Source: Leucoraja ocellata (Eukaryota). From it: a stretch of DNA of 64,000 nucleotides. The position numbers and the translations under genes were made by a program. Below, one piece after another: positions 25,874-39,751 of this stretch; the first letter of the stretch is position 1, and every line of letters begins with the position of its first letter. The notes below the pieces were generated by a model that searched no databases, was not told the origin of the DNA, and was given only the letters and a program-made list of their open reading frames with translations. Where the stretch lies: contig JAWMAR010000481.1 of NCBI GenBank assembly GCA_036785375.1, forward strand, positions 1,178,001 through 1,242,000, read 5' to 3'.

Positions 25874-26443
25874 GTTTTTAGTGTCTATCTTCAGTTTAAA
25901 CCAGCATCTGCAGTTCCTTCCTACACTGTTTGTTAAGCAAAATAGCAAGATTAAACTACAACTTACCAGTTTGAAGTTTGATCTGTATTTTATGAGGAGG
26001 AACGTTGAGGGAATACGTGAAGAACCCATTCCAACGCATGCGTGTCATTCTTCAAAGCAGCGGTGTGAGGTCACAGAAACTATAATGACCTAACATAGTA
26101 AGATTATCAAAGAGATACCAGTTTTTGATATGATCATAGGAGGGTGGGAGCGGAGGGCACATATTCCCTCAACGTTCCTCCTCATAAAATACAGATCAAA
26201 CTTCAAACTGGTAAGTTCTCGTTGAATCTTATTATTTTACTTCGGAGTCACGTGAGTGACTACGTGAAGATTTCAAAGCTCTGTGACCTCATGCCGTGGA
26301 ATGAGTCCATGCTTCACAACTGCCTTGGGTATTGGGAGAGAGCATCATTAGCAATTTTTAAAATACACTTATACAAAGACGTGTGATACAACGAAAAATA
26401 AATTAATTAATTGAAATCATAGCCCTGTAACCTTTCAGGCAAA

Positions 26444-27398
26444 TTATATTGTTGAACGTAAAATGGTTTCCGAAAACGATGATGGCTCCAAAACTGGTTT
26501 ATTATAAAACCTTTGGAAAATCCTTTCAGATGACCATCCTGCCATTCTGAGGATTTGGTCTGTGGGCACCTCCAGAATATTTTGCTGCGGATGTTGCTGC
26601 AGCCCTGGTGGAATGAGATTTAAAAACATTAGTGTCTATTCCTGCCATCTTTAGGACATATTTGAGCAACCTTGATATAGTTTGGGTCATGACCCTTTTG
26701 TGCGGTTTCTTGTAAGAGATTAACAACGCCATTTCCTGACCTCGAATGCTCTTAGTATATTCTATGTATAATTGGATATGTCTTGCTATACACAGGCGTC
26801 CATCATATGGATATGCCATAAATTCAATCACTTGACCCGATGAACCTGGTCTGTTTTCTTTTATTAAATCCTGTATGACAAACACCAGTTTCTCGGGTGA
26901 GATGATCAGGGAGTCCAGGCTCAGTTTGCTTAATGACTGGACTCGTTGTGCGGTAACTAACGCCATGAGCATAACCATCTTCATGGTCAGTTTCTGAGGT
27001 GACAATGCTGTTATGGGCGACCAGCTCCTCAGCATGTTTAGAACGACACCCACCTCCCAGATTTTGGAGTACCTGGTTTTAGGGGGATTTGCATTGAATA
27101 TGCCCCTCATAAGTTTTGTTACCAGGGGGTGCGTTCCCACCGTGTGCCGCTCCGTTCCTTGTGATAGGTAATTGGAGAGTGCACTTCTGGCACTATTGAT
27201 GGTACTGTAGACCAATCGATTATCATAATGGAGGCTTGTTAAAAATTCCAATACGGCCGGAATGTTCTTGGCCCTTTGGTTGAGGTTGTTGTCAAAGCAG
27301 TATATACCCCATTTCTTGATGTGTCCAAGGTACTGCTTCCGTGTTGACAGTCTTTGTGCAGATGAGATGAGATTCATCGTCCTGTCTGACAGCCCCAT
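26444..27398 (-). pseudogene. DIRS tyrosine recombinase (frameshift near the C-terminus)
   Basis: STINSARSALS, LMALVTAQRVQSL, FKSHSTRAAATS; the ILRMAGWSSERIFQRFY end is in another frame (26444-26629). Confidence 0.9.
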
Positions 27399-27415
27399 GC
27401 CGTGTAGTGGGTCTT

Positions 27416-29322
27416 TCAGACTCTACAAATTAACAAATCCATAGTCTTATGGCATGGATAACTGCACCCAGTCACTGGATGAATTAATAAATTTGGGCTA
27501 TGTCCAATAAGGGAACATGGTTCTAACACCATCCCCTGTATGACCGAATACCACGGTTGAGTAGGCCAATCGGGTACTATGAGAATTCCAGATGCCGAGT
27601 CTTGTTGAATTTTCCTTAGTACCCGATTGATGAGGCAGAACGGGGTAAATGCATAAAAAGGCCATTTCCCCCATATGCAGAGAGAAAGCATCTGTAGCTT
27701 CTGCCCCAGGGTCTGGTTCCCAGGACTCATACCTTGGTAATTGGTGATTCAACCTGGTTGCAAAAAGATCAATATCTGGTCTACCATATTTTGCTGTAAT
27801 TTCAGCAAATATATTTTTGTTTAACATCCATTCCGTGTTTTCGTTAAATTTGTGTGACCTGGTGTCTGCCACTGAATTTAGCTTACCTGGTAGGTATGTT
27901 GCCGATATCCAAACGTTTCTTTGGATATACCATTGCCAAATTAAATTTGCCAATTGATCACAAGATGTCGATATATTTCCACCGATGTGATTAATATATG
28001 CCACCGCGGTGGTATTATCAATTTGTAATCGTACATGCTGGTGCTTAATTGCTGAGCAATATGACTTAAGGCCATAAAATGCCCCTAACATCTCTAGGTA
28101 ATTAATACCACGTGTGTTAAGTAACACTGCCTCTTCTTCCTTCCACCTCCCTCCACAACTGGAAACAGAGTTAGTGGCTCCCCAACCAATGGCGCTGGCA
28201 TCTGTTTGTAATACCATAGACGGGTTGTCAATAATGATGGGGTTGGAGCAATACCTAATGTTATGTACGCACCACTGTAGTTCAATTATAGCTTCCGTAG
28301 GCAGCTCCATAGGTCTATCAAAATGACCCTAGTTAAATTTGAGTGCTCTAATTTGGGCTCTTTGCAAATTTTGATAATGTAATGGCCCAAATTGTGTGGC
28401 CGGGAATGTGGCCACAATCTTCCCAATTATCCGGGCTACCCGTCTAATGGAGAGTCTGTTGGTGTTAAGAAGCTCGCTGCAATCCTCCTGTAGGGCTGCG
28501 GCTTATCTATTGGTAAAGTTATTGACATATTGACCGTGTTAATGATGAATCCTAAATAATCCATATTAGTTGCTGGTATCAATTTACACTTAACTGGATG
28601 GATGATAAACCCTAGTTGTTCAAACAATTGTTTTGTGGCGAGTACTGTTTGATGTGCCAATTCATAAGTTGTGCCAACAATAAAGATGTCATCTAAATAT
28701 GCCATCACCCTATGGCTTTGTTTACGTAACAATGCCAAAGCTGGTTTCAGAATTTTAGTAAATAATCTGGGGGCTGATGTTTGCCCCTTTGGTAAAGCTC
28801 TATATTGCCAAAGTTCCCCCACCCAGTTGAATTTCAAATACCGTCTGTGATCCCCTCTGATGGGTACTGTATGGTATGCATCTTTTAAGTCAATGCTTGC
28901 CATATAGAACCTGACACTAATTCTTTAGCAGTAATAAAAGTATCCATCTTAAAATGAACATATTGAACGAATGTGTTTAGGGTTGAAAGGTCAATGATAA
29001 TCTTGCAACCCCCATCTTTTTTATTTTTAATAAATATGTTTGATACAAATTCTAATTTTTCATGAATAGTATGCTCAATCACACCTTTTGTATACAATCT
29101 TTGTAGCTCCATGTGGGCTTTAGATTGTTCGGTTTTTGTAAGGACAAAATGCCTTTCTGGTGTTTGTTGTACTGGGGGGTTATTGGGATGAGTAAATTCT
29201 ATCAAATAACCCTGAATACTGCTTAGAATATACGAGTCTGTAGTGAATTTATACCATTCATAACTGTAGTATTGCAACCTCCCCCCCACCGTCGTGGGTC
29301 CTTTTTTACAGAAGAAACACAC
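27416..29322 (-). pseudogene. DIRS RT / RNase H / N6A-methyltransferase-like ORF, fragmented
   Basis: VGGRLQ, SIDLKDAY, YLDDI, LQTDASAIGWG, INYLEM, IDNTTAVAYIN, DIDLFATRLN, LIVPDWPTQPWY, spread over several frames. Confidence 0.9.
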
Positions 29323-29353
29323 TCACCTACCTCCATGGTTACTGGTGGTTGTG

Positions 29354-30743
29354 TTATTTCCTTGGTTTTTTGAAAAAGGGGGGTTCTGGTTTTATATCTC
29401 GTGTTCGGGGTTGTGTGGGAGGTTGAGGCTTGTATTGATTTCGGGCACTGCCACTGGTATGAGCCACATTTTTTGGTCTTGCATGTGGCTGGTACCGTGC
29501 TCCAAAATAAGCCTTTGCGCTGGCTTTGATGAGCCCCAGTGTCTTGGCTTCTTCATCCAGTTTTTTGACTTGTGCGCTCAAGTCTTGTACAAACAAAAGG
29601 GTTGAGGTATTTGCGGTTCTTTGTTTACAAATGATAGCATATTTGGGGTCCAGTGCTGGCGGAATGGCAGCCTTCCGCATGTTGTTCAGCTCATATTGCA
29701 CATTCCAAAACAGAGCTAATGCGTCTTGGTGGTCTTTAGTTAGCTCTGTTTTGTCCAGGGTGCGGGTGTATGCTGTGATCCCTGCCATCAGCCCCTTTAA
29801 AGTTTTCTGGATCTTGAGGTACTGGTTCCTGATGTTGCTCCCCATATGCTGCCAAATGCATTGGTTGACAGTTACCAGGTGGCAGATGTCTGGTCAGTGT
29901 CTCTGTAAATATTTGTTGTTGGAGTTTATGGCCAGACATATAGTTAATACTAGCTGCCATCCTGGGATCCAAGTCTACCCCTGTTTGACTTGGTTTAAAG
30001 TAATCAGCCACCATGTCCAGCAGTGTATCTTTCCCTGCTGTTTTAGGATCATGGGACGCTGTATTACCAGGCTCTGGCCCATCAGGGTCCTGCCCACTCT
30101 TTTTTATAGAGTTACAGATCTCTAGGGGTCCCGCACGGGGTACCCATATGGGGCTTGCCTGCCCACTATGGCTAGTCTCCACATCCATGGGACTGCCACT
30201 GTGAAGGAGCTCCTCGAGCAGCTCCTTTAAACGGTCTTTGTGCTGAGCTGCACATGCCATTTTTGGCTGCTCCCAATCCTGCAGCCTTTCAGCAGTGTGC
30301 TGCTCTTTGCTGTATCCCCGCTGTTCCCGTCCCCGGTACTCACGGGTGCTGGTTTGTGGGCTTTCCTCATTCCCCCGCTGGCCATACCGGTCCTGACTGT
30401 AGGTCCACGTCTGTTCCCGGTCAGCTGTTTCTTCTGGCTGGCTGTTTCTCCTGGCTGCTTCGTATGCAGCCACTCATAGCGGGTCTCGCTCAGCCCTGGT
30501 CCGATGTTGATACGGGCTGGTCGCCCGCTGCTGCTCCAAGTCGGGCTCTTGGTGAGTTTTTCGGTGAACTTTTCCTCCCGCCCGGGAAGTAAATTTTGTC
30601 GGTGTCAGAACGCTTTCTGGCACAGCTGGTTCCTCTGCCGAGGTATGTAGAGCCAGCGGCTGCTGTCTCTGCCCTTCATCCGTGTTCTCAACACGTTTTT
30701 CGGGCAGCTTTTTAGCGGGCCGCTTCCTCTTTACTCTATCCAT
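29354..30743 (-). pseudogene. DIRS ORF1 (gag-like), fragmented
   Basis: Position upstream of RT inside the ITRs; three consecutive ORF pieces (QYLKIQKTL...ELNNMRKAAI). Confidence 0.65.
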
Positions 30744-31376
30744 TTTCCTGTTGAAATAAAATGTAGAGTGCCTTACCTGCCTTTTGCTGGCCGTTTTGTC
30801 ATTCTCCCGTTACTGGGGGACGTCCTCCCCCTCCTGTTGACTCGTGCAATGCGTGTAGCGATATGACACGCATGCGTTGGAAGCGGGTTCTTCACGTAGT
30901 CACTCACGTGACTCCGAAGTAAAATAGGTCCGATTCTCATAATATTTTTCACCTCAACTAAGTTTTTCCTTCATCTCCGTTACTGCAGAGAATACAATCC
31001 CAGTTATCAAATCTTTCTTCAAAATGAAAAAAAAAATTCCAGCCCTGCCAACATCTTCATAAATCACTCCTGGATACTCTCCAGAGCAATTACACCCTTT
31101 CTACAATGTGTCATAGTCTTACAGCATGGAAACAAGCCCTTCATCCCAACTTGTTCATGCAGATCAAGATGCCCCATCTAAACTAGTCCCATTTATCCGC
31201 TTTTGGCCTACATCCCTTTAAACCTTGTGTGCCAGTGTGTGTGCCAGTGTGTGTGTGTGTGTGTGTGTGTCAGTGAAGTGGCAAAAACATCCGGAGTGAG
31301 CGGAGACTTGGCGATGCCCCAGGAGCATTTCCCTCTCGGGAATGCGGGCTGGCCCAGGTGCTCCTTGTGCAGCTGG

Positions 31377-31505
31377 GGTCCGGGGGAGGTGAGGGCCAGT
31401 GACCCGGGGGTCCGGGGGAGGTGAGAGTCAGTGACCCGGGGGTCCGGGGCAGGTGAGGGTCAGTGACCCGAGGGTCCGGGGGAGGTGAGGGTCAGTGACC
31501 CGGGT
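31377..31505. repeat. 32-bp G-rich tandem repeat, ~4 copies
   Basis: GGTCCGGGGGAGGTGAGGGTCAGTGACCCGGG units. Confidence 0.85.
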
Positions 31506-31764
31506 GTCGGGCATCAAAGCGGACCCTTAGCCCGAGATTCATCCCCGCGGCTCCGGATGAGGCACCGACGCCCCCACTCACCCGGTCCGTTCCTGGCTAC
31601 AGGCCGGGGTTAAAACTCCATGGGGTGTGGACAGAACGACCGACGGACATAGAGCCGCTGGTGGTGAGGGTGAGAGATGTGTACCGTGCCTTGGGGGGGA
31701 AAAGGGAGGGGGGTTGGTGCTGGGACCACCGTCGTTTCTCACCTCATCTGCACGGGAGAAACTA

Positions 31765-32083
31765 AACTCCATTTTTCTCTCTCCCGCATTTCTTAAAAAG
31801 TGGAATAACATTAGCTACCCTCCAATCCACAGGAACTGATCCTGAATCTATAGAACATTGGAAAATGAACACCAATGCGTCCATGATTTCTAGAGCCACT
31901 TCCTTAAATGCCCTGGGATGCAGACCATCAGGCCCTGGGGATTTGTCAACCTTCAGTCCTAGCAGTCTACCCAACACCATTTACAGCCTAATGTGGATTT
32001 CCTTCTGTTCCTCCGTCACCCCAGATCCTCTGGCCACTAGTACATCAGGAAGATTGTTTGTGTCCTCCTTAGTGAAGACGGAT
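31765..32083 (-). mobile_element. CR1 internal fragment
   Basis: KSPGPDGLHPR...VPVDWRVANVIPLFKK. Confidence 0.85.
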
Positions 32084-32391
32084 GTGTGTCCTTGGAGGCG
32101 GTGCAGCGGGTGCATCCCCTCCAGGGACAGTGGCAGTGGGAGAGAAGTGGTTGGAATATCAGGTCTGGTTCTATGCTCCCTGAGGTGAGGAGAATTGAAG
32201 GTGTAATTGGGGAGATTAAAATAATCACTGGATGCACTGGAGCAGACGAAGAATCTGCTTCCTCTGCCGTGGATCCAAACAAGGACAAAAACATAAACAT
32301 GGCATCCAGGATATTGGTAACCCAGAACTGCCCCTGGAAGCTGTCAAGACTGGGGTTCAGTTGAAAGTTTCCACATGGACAGAATGTTAGA

Positions 32392-34436
32392 AACATAGAA
32401 ACATAGAAAACAGGTGCAGGAGTAGGCCATTCAGCCCTTTGTGCCAGCACTGCCATTCAATATGATCTTGGCTGATCATCCAAAATCAGTAACCTGTTCC
32501 TGTTTTTCCCCATAGCTCTTGATTCCGTTAGCCCAAATAGCTATATCTAACTCTCTTGAAAACATCTAGCAATTTGGGCTCCATTGCCTTCTGTGGCAGA
32601 GAATTCCACAGATTCACAACTTGATGGGTGAAAAAGTATTTCCTCATCTCAGTCCTAAATGGCCTACCCCTTTTTCTGAAACTCTGGTTCTGGACTCCCC
32701 CAACATCGGGAGCATTTTTCCTGCATCTAGCCTGTCCAATCCCTAAAGAATTTTATATGTTTCTATATTCCCTCTCATCTTTCTAAATTCCAGTGAATAC
32801 AAGCCCAGTCGACACATTCTTTCATCATATGTCAGTCGCGCCATCCTGGGAATTAACCTGGTGAACCTACTCTGCACTCCCTCAATAGCAAGAATGTCCT
32901 TCCACAAATTAGAAGACCAAAACTGCACACAATAATACTCCAGGTGCGGTCTCACCAGGGCCCTGCACAACTGCCGTAGGACCTCCTTGCTCATTTACTC
33001 AAATAATCTCGGTAGGAAGGCTTAAATGCCTTTAGCTTTCTTCACTGCCTGCTGTTCCTGCATGCTTACTGTCAGTGATTGATGTACAGGGAAACCCAGG
33101 TCTCGCTGCACTTCCTCTTTTCCTCATCTGACACCATTCAGATAATAATCCACCTTCCTGTTCTTACCACCAAAGTAGATAACCTCACATGTATCCACAT
33201 TATACTGCATTTGCAATGCAACTGCCCACTGACCCAACCTATCCAAGTCATCCTGCAGCCTCTTAACATCCTCCTCAGCTCACACTGCCACCCAGCTTTG
33301 TATCATCTGCAAACGTGGAGATGTTACATTTGATTCCCTTGTCTAAATTGTTAATCTATATTGTAAATAATTGGGGTCCCAGCACCAAGCCTTGCGCCAC
33401 CCCACTTGTCATTGCCTGCCATTCTGAAAAGGCCATGTTAATTCCTACTCTTTGCTTCATGTCTGCCAACCAGTTTTCTATCCATGTCAGTACCCTACCC
33501 CCAATACTGTGTGCTCTCATTATGCACACAAATCTCTTGTGTGGGCCTTGTCAAAGGCTTTTTGAATGTCCAGATACACAACATCCATTGGCTCTCTCTT
33601 ATCCATTCTAGTTGTTACATCCTCAAAAATTTCCAGAAGATTAGTCAAGCATGATTTCCCCTTCATAAATCCATGCTGACTGACCGATCCTGTCACTGCT
33701 TTAAAAATGCGCTGCTATTACATATTTAATAATCGACTCAAGCATCTTCCCCACTATCAATGGAAGGCTAACTGGTCTATAATTCCCTGTTTTCTCTCTC
33801 CCTCCTTTCTTAAAAAGTGGGGTTACATTAGCTACCCTCCAGTCCACAGGCACTGATCCAGAGCCTATAGAACATTGGAAAATGATCAAGAATGCATTCA
33901 CGTTTTCTATGGCCACCTCCGTGAGTACTCTGGGATGCAGACCATCAGGCCCTGTGGATTTATCGGCCTTCAGTCCCAACTGTTTACCCAACACCATTTC
34001 ATGACTAATATCAATTTCCTTCAGTTCCTCCATCACGCCAGATCCTCAGTCCCCTAGTATTTCTGGGATATTGTTTGTGTCTTCCTTAGTGAAGACAGAA
34101 CCAAAGTACTTGTTTAACTGGTCTACCATTTCCTTGTTTCCCATTATAAATTCATCTGTTTCTGACTTTGAGGAACCTACATTTGTCCACTAATCTTTTC
34201 CTCTTCACATACAGTACAGTATCAAAAAATGTTTTAACGGTCAGTTTTGATATTCCCCGCAAGCTTTCTTTCATACGATTTTTCCCCTCTTTATTAATCC
34301 CTTTTGTCCTCCTCTGCTGAATTCTAAATTTCCCCCAATCCTGTGGTTTGCTGCTTCCTCCAGCCAATTTATATGCCTCTTCCTTGGATTTAACACTATC
34401 CGTCATTTTCCTTGTTAGCCACAGTTGAGCCACCTT
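32392..34436 (-). mobile_element. CR1 LINE, ~2 kb decayed copy
   Basis: GPDGLHPRVL, NYRPVSL, LVRPHLEY; (AGAAACAT)n tail at the left end. Confidence 0.9.
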
Positions 34437-34999
34437 CTTTGGTGATTAAAGGACTCCATTTATCCAAGGTGGATAAATGGAGTTCAAACACAGACCAGCA
34501 GAGAGTGGGGATGGGCTGTAGGGGTGAAGAACCTTTTTAATGATCCTCTATGCATGGGACATATTTGAACACAATCTCTGCATGCAGCTGTTGATTTACC
34601 AGAAACATGTTTCATATTTTGACTGTTGATGGGTGTGTGAAACTGGACAGTGATGTGGGCACTATTTCCTTCACCTCAGATTTCCTGTTGGAGATGGCAG
34701 CTTGTCTTAATCTGAACAGGGGGAATCCCACAGGGAACAGACTTGCTAAAAAGAACAAGCAGGCTGCTTGACATATGGAAATATGTCCCTGACTTAAAGA
34801 CCAACACCGATAAACAATTCTTACGTTGCTGAAAAGATAACTGACCAATAGGACTGAGTCTGAAGACAGAGATATGCTTCATGCAAGTGTGGAGAATATC
34901 GGTCATTTTTAGAAAAACAACTCAGCATTTAGTCGGATTAAACCTAATTTTCCATTTCTTTGCCCATTTCTGAGCTGATATATATCGTCTATACTTTAG

Positions 35000-35480
35000 A
35001 GTGCATCTGCCCACTAACCCAACCAATCCAAGTCACCCTGCAGCCTCATAGCATCCTCCTCGCAGATCTATACTTTAACATCCTTGCTCACTGTCCGCAG
35101 ATCCCTGCAGAGCTCAGCTGGTCACAGACTTCCACTCTGAATAACGACCTTCACCACAACCCTCTGTCTTCTATCAGTAAACAGGTATTGACCCAGATGA
35201 CAAAATCACTCTGAAGGCCGTGCATTTTGACCTTCTTGGACAACCAACCATGGAGAACCTTTTCAAATGCCTTACTATGGTCCATATGGACAACATCCAC
35301 TGCCCTACCTTCATCGATCACGTTTGTCACCTCCTCAAAAAAATCATTCAAGTTAGTAAGACATGATCTGTGGCGTACAAAGCCATGCTGATGGTTCCTT
35401 ACTAGCTCATTGGCTTCCAAATGGTAGTAAATCCTATCCCAAAGAATCCTCTCCAATTACATTCCTACCACTGATGTGAT
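35000..35480 (-). mobile_element. Older CR1 RT fragment
   Basis: QHGFVRHRSCLTNLNDFFEEVT...AVDVVHMDHSKAFEKV. Confidence 0.82.
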
Positions 35481-36326
35481 GCAAAACATACTTTGGAATA
35501 CAAGTGGAACCAAAACATTCATACCCCGAGAGAAAGAAAATACTGAATGTCTAATCTATCTCTAAATGCCTTTTAATCATTGCTGTCGTATCTGCTTCCA
35601 CAACGTCCCCTGGTAATGCATTCCAAACATCAATGTTTTGTACAATCTTCATATCTACTGTCATACGCCTGAGGACATCGACCACCTCCATGTCCATAAT
35701 ACACACTGTCCTCAAGACATCTCCATTAACTGTCCCAAGTTCCTGTAAAAGGGCAAATGGCAATGGTAAAAGTGAGGTTGAAAGGGTAACAGGACATCTG
35801 TTTAGCTGCCATGGGAGTTGGATTGAGCTGTGTTTGTTGCTCTATGTCTGTTGGAGCTGCATGATTTTGAACTGTTGTGAGACTATTCTGAAGTAGGAAC
35901 AGATGCTCCACAGAACATCTCTCCCTGGGATTTCCTGCCATTGAGCACTTGGCTGCTCCCTTGACTGGGCAGCCTCCTGTTTCTCAGTGTGACTGCTTCT
36001 CTTAGTGTTGCACTTCCTGTTCTTGAAAACATGGATCAAAAGACCCATAGCTGACACAGATCAAAGGGTTTTCTAACAGCAGTGAGGGGACACCTGTCCA
36101 GGAGTGAAACTCAGTTTTAATCTCTGCGAGAGAAAATTCCTCACCAATATATAATCCTCCTTCCACCCAAGATATTCTGGTTCACATTGATTCTTCCAAG
36201 GTTAGTGGAGGCAGAAGATTCTGCTAATAAGTTTTATCAATTCAGTCCCTTTCTCTCACTGCATGGGTTCTCCCTGTCAATCTCTCTCAGGGGGCTAACT
36301 TTACACTGCTTACAGCTTCTCTGCAG

Positions 36327-36367
<41 letters not shown>

Positions 36368-37696
36368 AGAGGGTTATCTGTAAACTGACCGGTGAACCTC
36401 ACTCCCTTCTCTCTCAGCTTGATATCTGTACACTGAGTTGTGAATCTGTGGAATTCTCTGCCACAGCCAACAGTGGAGGCCAATTCACTGGATGTTTTCA
36501 TGAGAGAGTTATATTGAGCTCTTGGTGCTAAATGAATCAAGGAATATGGGGAAAAAGCAGGAATGTGGTACTGATTTTAGATGATCAGCCATGATCATAA
36601 GGGCCAAATGGCCTACTCCTGCACCTATTTATCTATGTTTCTGTTCTACACTGACTGGTGTCTCCCAATCCCTCTCTCTCATGGGGATATCTGTACGCTG
36701 ACCAGTGTCTCTCAATGCCTCTCTCTTGGCATGTTTNNNNNNNNNNNNNNNNNNNNNNNNNNNNNNNNNNNNNNNNNNNNNNNNNNNNNNNNNNNNNNNN
36801 NNNNNNNNNNNNNNNNNNNNNNNNNNNNNNNNNNNNNNNNNNNNNNNNNNNNNNNNNNNNNNNNNNNNNNNNNNNNNNNNNNNNNNNNNNNNNNNNNNNN
36901 NNNNNNNNNNNNNCTCCCTTCTGTAAACGGATCGGTCTCCCTCATTACCTCTCTCTTGGGCATTGTCCCACTGTCAGGGGTATATTTGTACACTCATACA
37001 TGGGATATCTACAGTCTGATACCATTATACCAGCCAAGCTCATTTAAGACCATTATACCAGCCAAGCTCATCACCAAACTCGAGGGACTTGGAGTCAGTA
37101 CTCACCTTTGCAACTGCATTATTGACTTCAGTTCAGTTCAGTTTAGTTTATTCTCATGTGCACAGTGGCATTGTGAAAAGCTTTTGTTGTGTGTTAATCT
37201 GTCAGCAGAAGGACAATGCATGATTACAATTAAGCCATTTAAGGGCATGTCCCACTTAGGCGACTGCCTGCAACTGTCATAGTCGTAGAATGCAGCCGAA
37301 AAACTGGCGACTTGACCCCCCCACAACAATGTCTACGACAAACTCCAACAACATACCACCGAGTCGAAGTCAAGCTAACGCAAGCTACCGACAACCGGCG
37401 ACCCAATCGTCGTGACGTGGGACGTCCACCTACGACAACCTACGACGACACTTACGACAATCTACGACCACACAGGCGACAAGCGGTCAACTTGCATCCA
37501 CCTGCGACAAGCCACGACAAGTTACGACTGTCGGAGACAACTGAAGACAATTCATGTCATTTTGGCCTCCAAAACAATGGAATTATAAGAGGGGATGTAT
37601 TGTTTCCAACATCTGAGGACATTGCTCTCACATGCAGAAGCCCTGCTGCTTGCAGCAGCCCTCATGCTTAAAGATCAGCAAGACAGAAGGACAAGA

Positions 37697-38455
37697 ATGG
37701 TGGCCGATTAGGAAAGGGGGAGATGCAACGAGACCTGGGTGTCATGGTACACCAGTCATTAAAAGTAGGCATGCAGGTGCAGCAGGCAGTAAAGAAGGCG
37801 AATGGTATGTTAGCATTCATAGCAAAAGGATTTGAGTATAGGAGCAGGGAGGTTCTACTACAGTTGTATAGGGTCTTGGTGAGACCACACCTGGAGTATT
37901 GCACACAGTTTTGGTCTCCAAATCTGAGGAAATACATTCTTGCCATAGAAGGAGTACATTGAAGGTTCACCAGACTGATTCCTGGGATGTCAGGACTTTC
38001 ATATGAAGAAAGACTGGATAGACTCGGTTTGCACTCACTAGAATTTAGAAGATTGAGGGGGGATCTTATAGAAACTTACAAAATTCTTAACGGGATGGAC
38101 AGGCTAGATGCAGGAAGATTGTTCCCGATGTTGGGGAAGTCCAGAACAAGGGGTCACAGTTTAAGGATAAGGGGGAAATCTTTTAGGACCAAGATGAGGA
38201 AAACATTTTTCACACAGAGAGTGGTGAATCTCTGGAATTCTCTGCCGCAGAAGGTAGTTGAGGCCAGTTCGTTGGCTATATTTAATAGGGAGTTAGATGT
38301 GACCCTTGTGGCTAAAGGGATCAGGGGGTATGGAGAGAAGGCAGGTACAGGATACTGAGTTGGATGATCAACCATGATCATATTGAATGTCGGTGCAGGC
38401 TCGAAGGGCCGAATGGCCTACTCCTGCACCCATTTTCTATGTTTCTATGTTTCTA
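37697..38455 (+). mobile_element. CR1 3' fragment
   Basis: LVRPHLEYCTQFWSP, RLGLHSLEFRRLRGDLIETYKIL; TTCTATGT tail. Confidence 0.92.
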
Positions 38456-38741
38456 AGAAGAATGAGGAAGAGGAAGTCCAAGAAGAGGTGTGTGTTTGGT
38501 TGAATCCCTTGTCCCTGTAGAGACCCAGGTTGGGCCAATATGACAACCTGATGACTGAGCTCCAGCAAGAAGATGAGGCTGCCTTCAGAAACTTCACCAG
38601 GCTTCCCCCGAGCTGTTTCAGGAGCCGAAGACACTGGGTGGGCCGTCTCCTGGAGAAAAAAGAGACTCATGGAGAAGCCACTGTCGTAGCCTGGTGTAGC
38701 TAGTCACGTCAACTGTTGCCGATGGTCGCCAGCTGTCATAG

Positions 38742-38960
38742 CATGTCGTTGGTATGGTCATAGCATGTTGCTGGTATGGTCATAGCATGTTGCCGGTATG
38801 ATCGTAGCATGTCGTTAGTATGGTCATAGCATGTCACCGGTATGGTCGTAGCATGTCACCGGTATGGTCGTAGCATGTCGTTAGTATGGTCGTAGCATGT
38901 CGCCGGTATGGTCGTAGCATGTCGTTAGTATGGTCGTAGCATGTCGCCGGTATGGTCATA
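38742..38960. repeat. 22-bp tandem repeat, ~10 copies (Harbinger subterminal region)
   Basis: CATGTCGCCGGTATGGTCGTAG units. Confidence 0.9.
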
Positions 38961-39751
38961 CATTGTTGTAGATTGTCGCTGATATAGGCGTAGATGGACT
39001 TCATTCATAGCATCACAACTGGCTGTTGTAGCTTGACTTCTGTGCTCTATCTACCTCATTGGAGATCCTCGCACTATCTTTGATCAGAATTTACTGGTTT
39101 TATCTTGCACTGAACTTTATTCATGTTATTCCCTTCATCATGTTTCTGCTCACTGTGCTCAAATGTAATCATGTATTGTCCGTCTGTTGTCTGGTTAACA
39201 TGCAACTAAAGCTTTTCACTGTACCTCGGTACATGTGACAATAAACTCAACTCAAACTGACTGGTGTCTCTCAGTCCCTCTCATTGATGTGGATATCTGC
39301 ACTAACTGGTCTCTCTCAGTCCCTCTCTCTCACCACGATATCTGTACACTGACCGGTCTCTCTCAGTCCCTCTCTCTCACCACGATATCTGTACACTGAC
39401 CGGTGAAATTTAGCCCCTCTCTCCCAAGGCAGGGGATATCTACATTGACAGATGTCCCTCTCTCTCAGGGGGATATCTGTACACCGACTTTTAACTCAGC
39501 CCCTCACTGGGGATCTGAGTGACCTCTTGCTCCACAAAGTGTTCATCATTGTAATGAGTGGATGGAGCAGAGTGGGATCAATCTTTAATCCGGATCTCAT
39601 CATTGCCCCTCCACCTGTTGTGGAGACAAACACCTTTTGGGGAATTGAACTGGGTGCTGGGGACAGGGACAGGAAGCCGCGCCTCTGGTTTCAGTGGGTG
39701 GGGAAACCGCGGCTACCTCTCTCTCTGTCTCTCACTCACAGCTCACTTTCC

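Larger units (their letters stand above)
25939..30927 (-). mobile_element. DIRS1-type tyrosine-recombinase retrotransposon, structurally complete, ORFs disrupted
   Basis: ITRs at ~30864-30927 and ~25939-26047; internal complementary region 26162-26270 pairs with both ends; gag-like, RT, RNase H, methyltransferase-like and YR coding regions; AAAATAG at both junctions. Confidence 0.93.
37241..39040 (+). mobile_element. PIF/Harbinger DNA transposon remnant, interrupted by CR1
   Basis: Left end TTAAGGGCATGTCCCACTTA; ACGAC-rich subterminal repeats mirrored by GTCGT-rich ones; Harbinger-like transposase N-terminal peptide LGQYDNLMTELQQEDEAAFRNFTRL at ~38530-38605. Confidence 0.7.
36240..39512. repeat. 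Degenerate ~43-47-bp minisatellite upstream of the VH promoter, interrupted by a gap and TE insertions
   Basis: GATATCTGTACACTGACCGGT...CTCAGTCCCTCTCTCTC units at ~36370-36435, 36650-36735, 36915-37015 and 39258-39512. Confidence 0.65.

Noticed and set aside
25241-25936. Repetitive ORFs on both strands
   Set aside because: Translation of the 30-bp minisatellite inside the MITE.
38742-38960. Regular short repeats resembling a CRISPR array
   Set aside because: No unique spacers, vertebrate context; transposon subterminal repeat.
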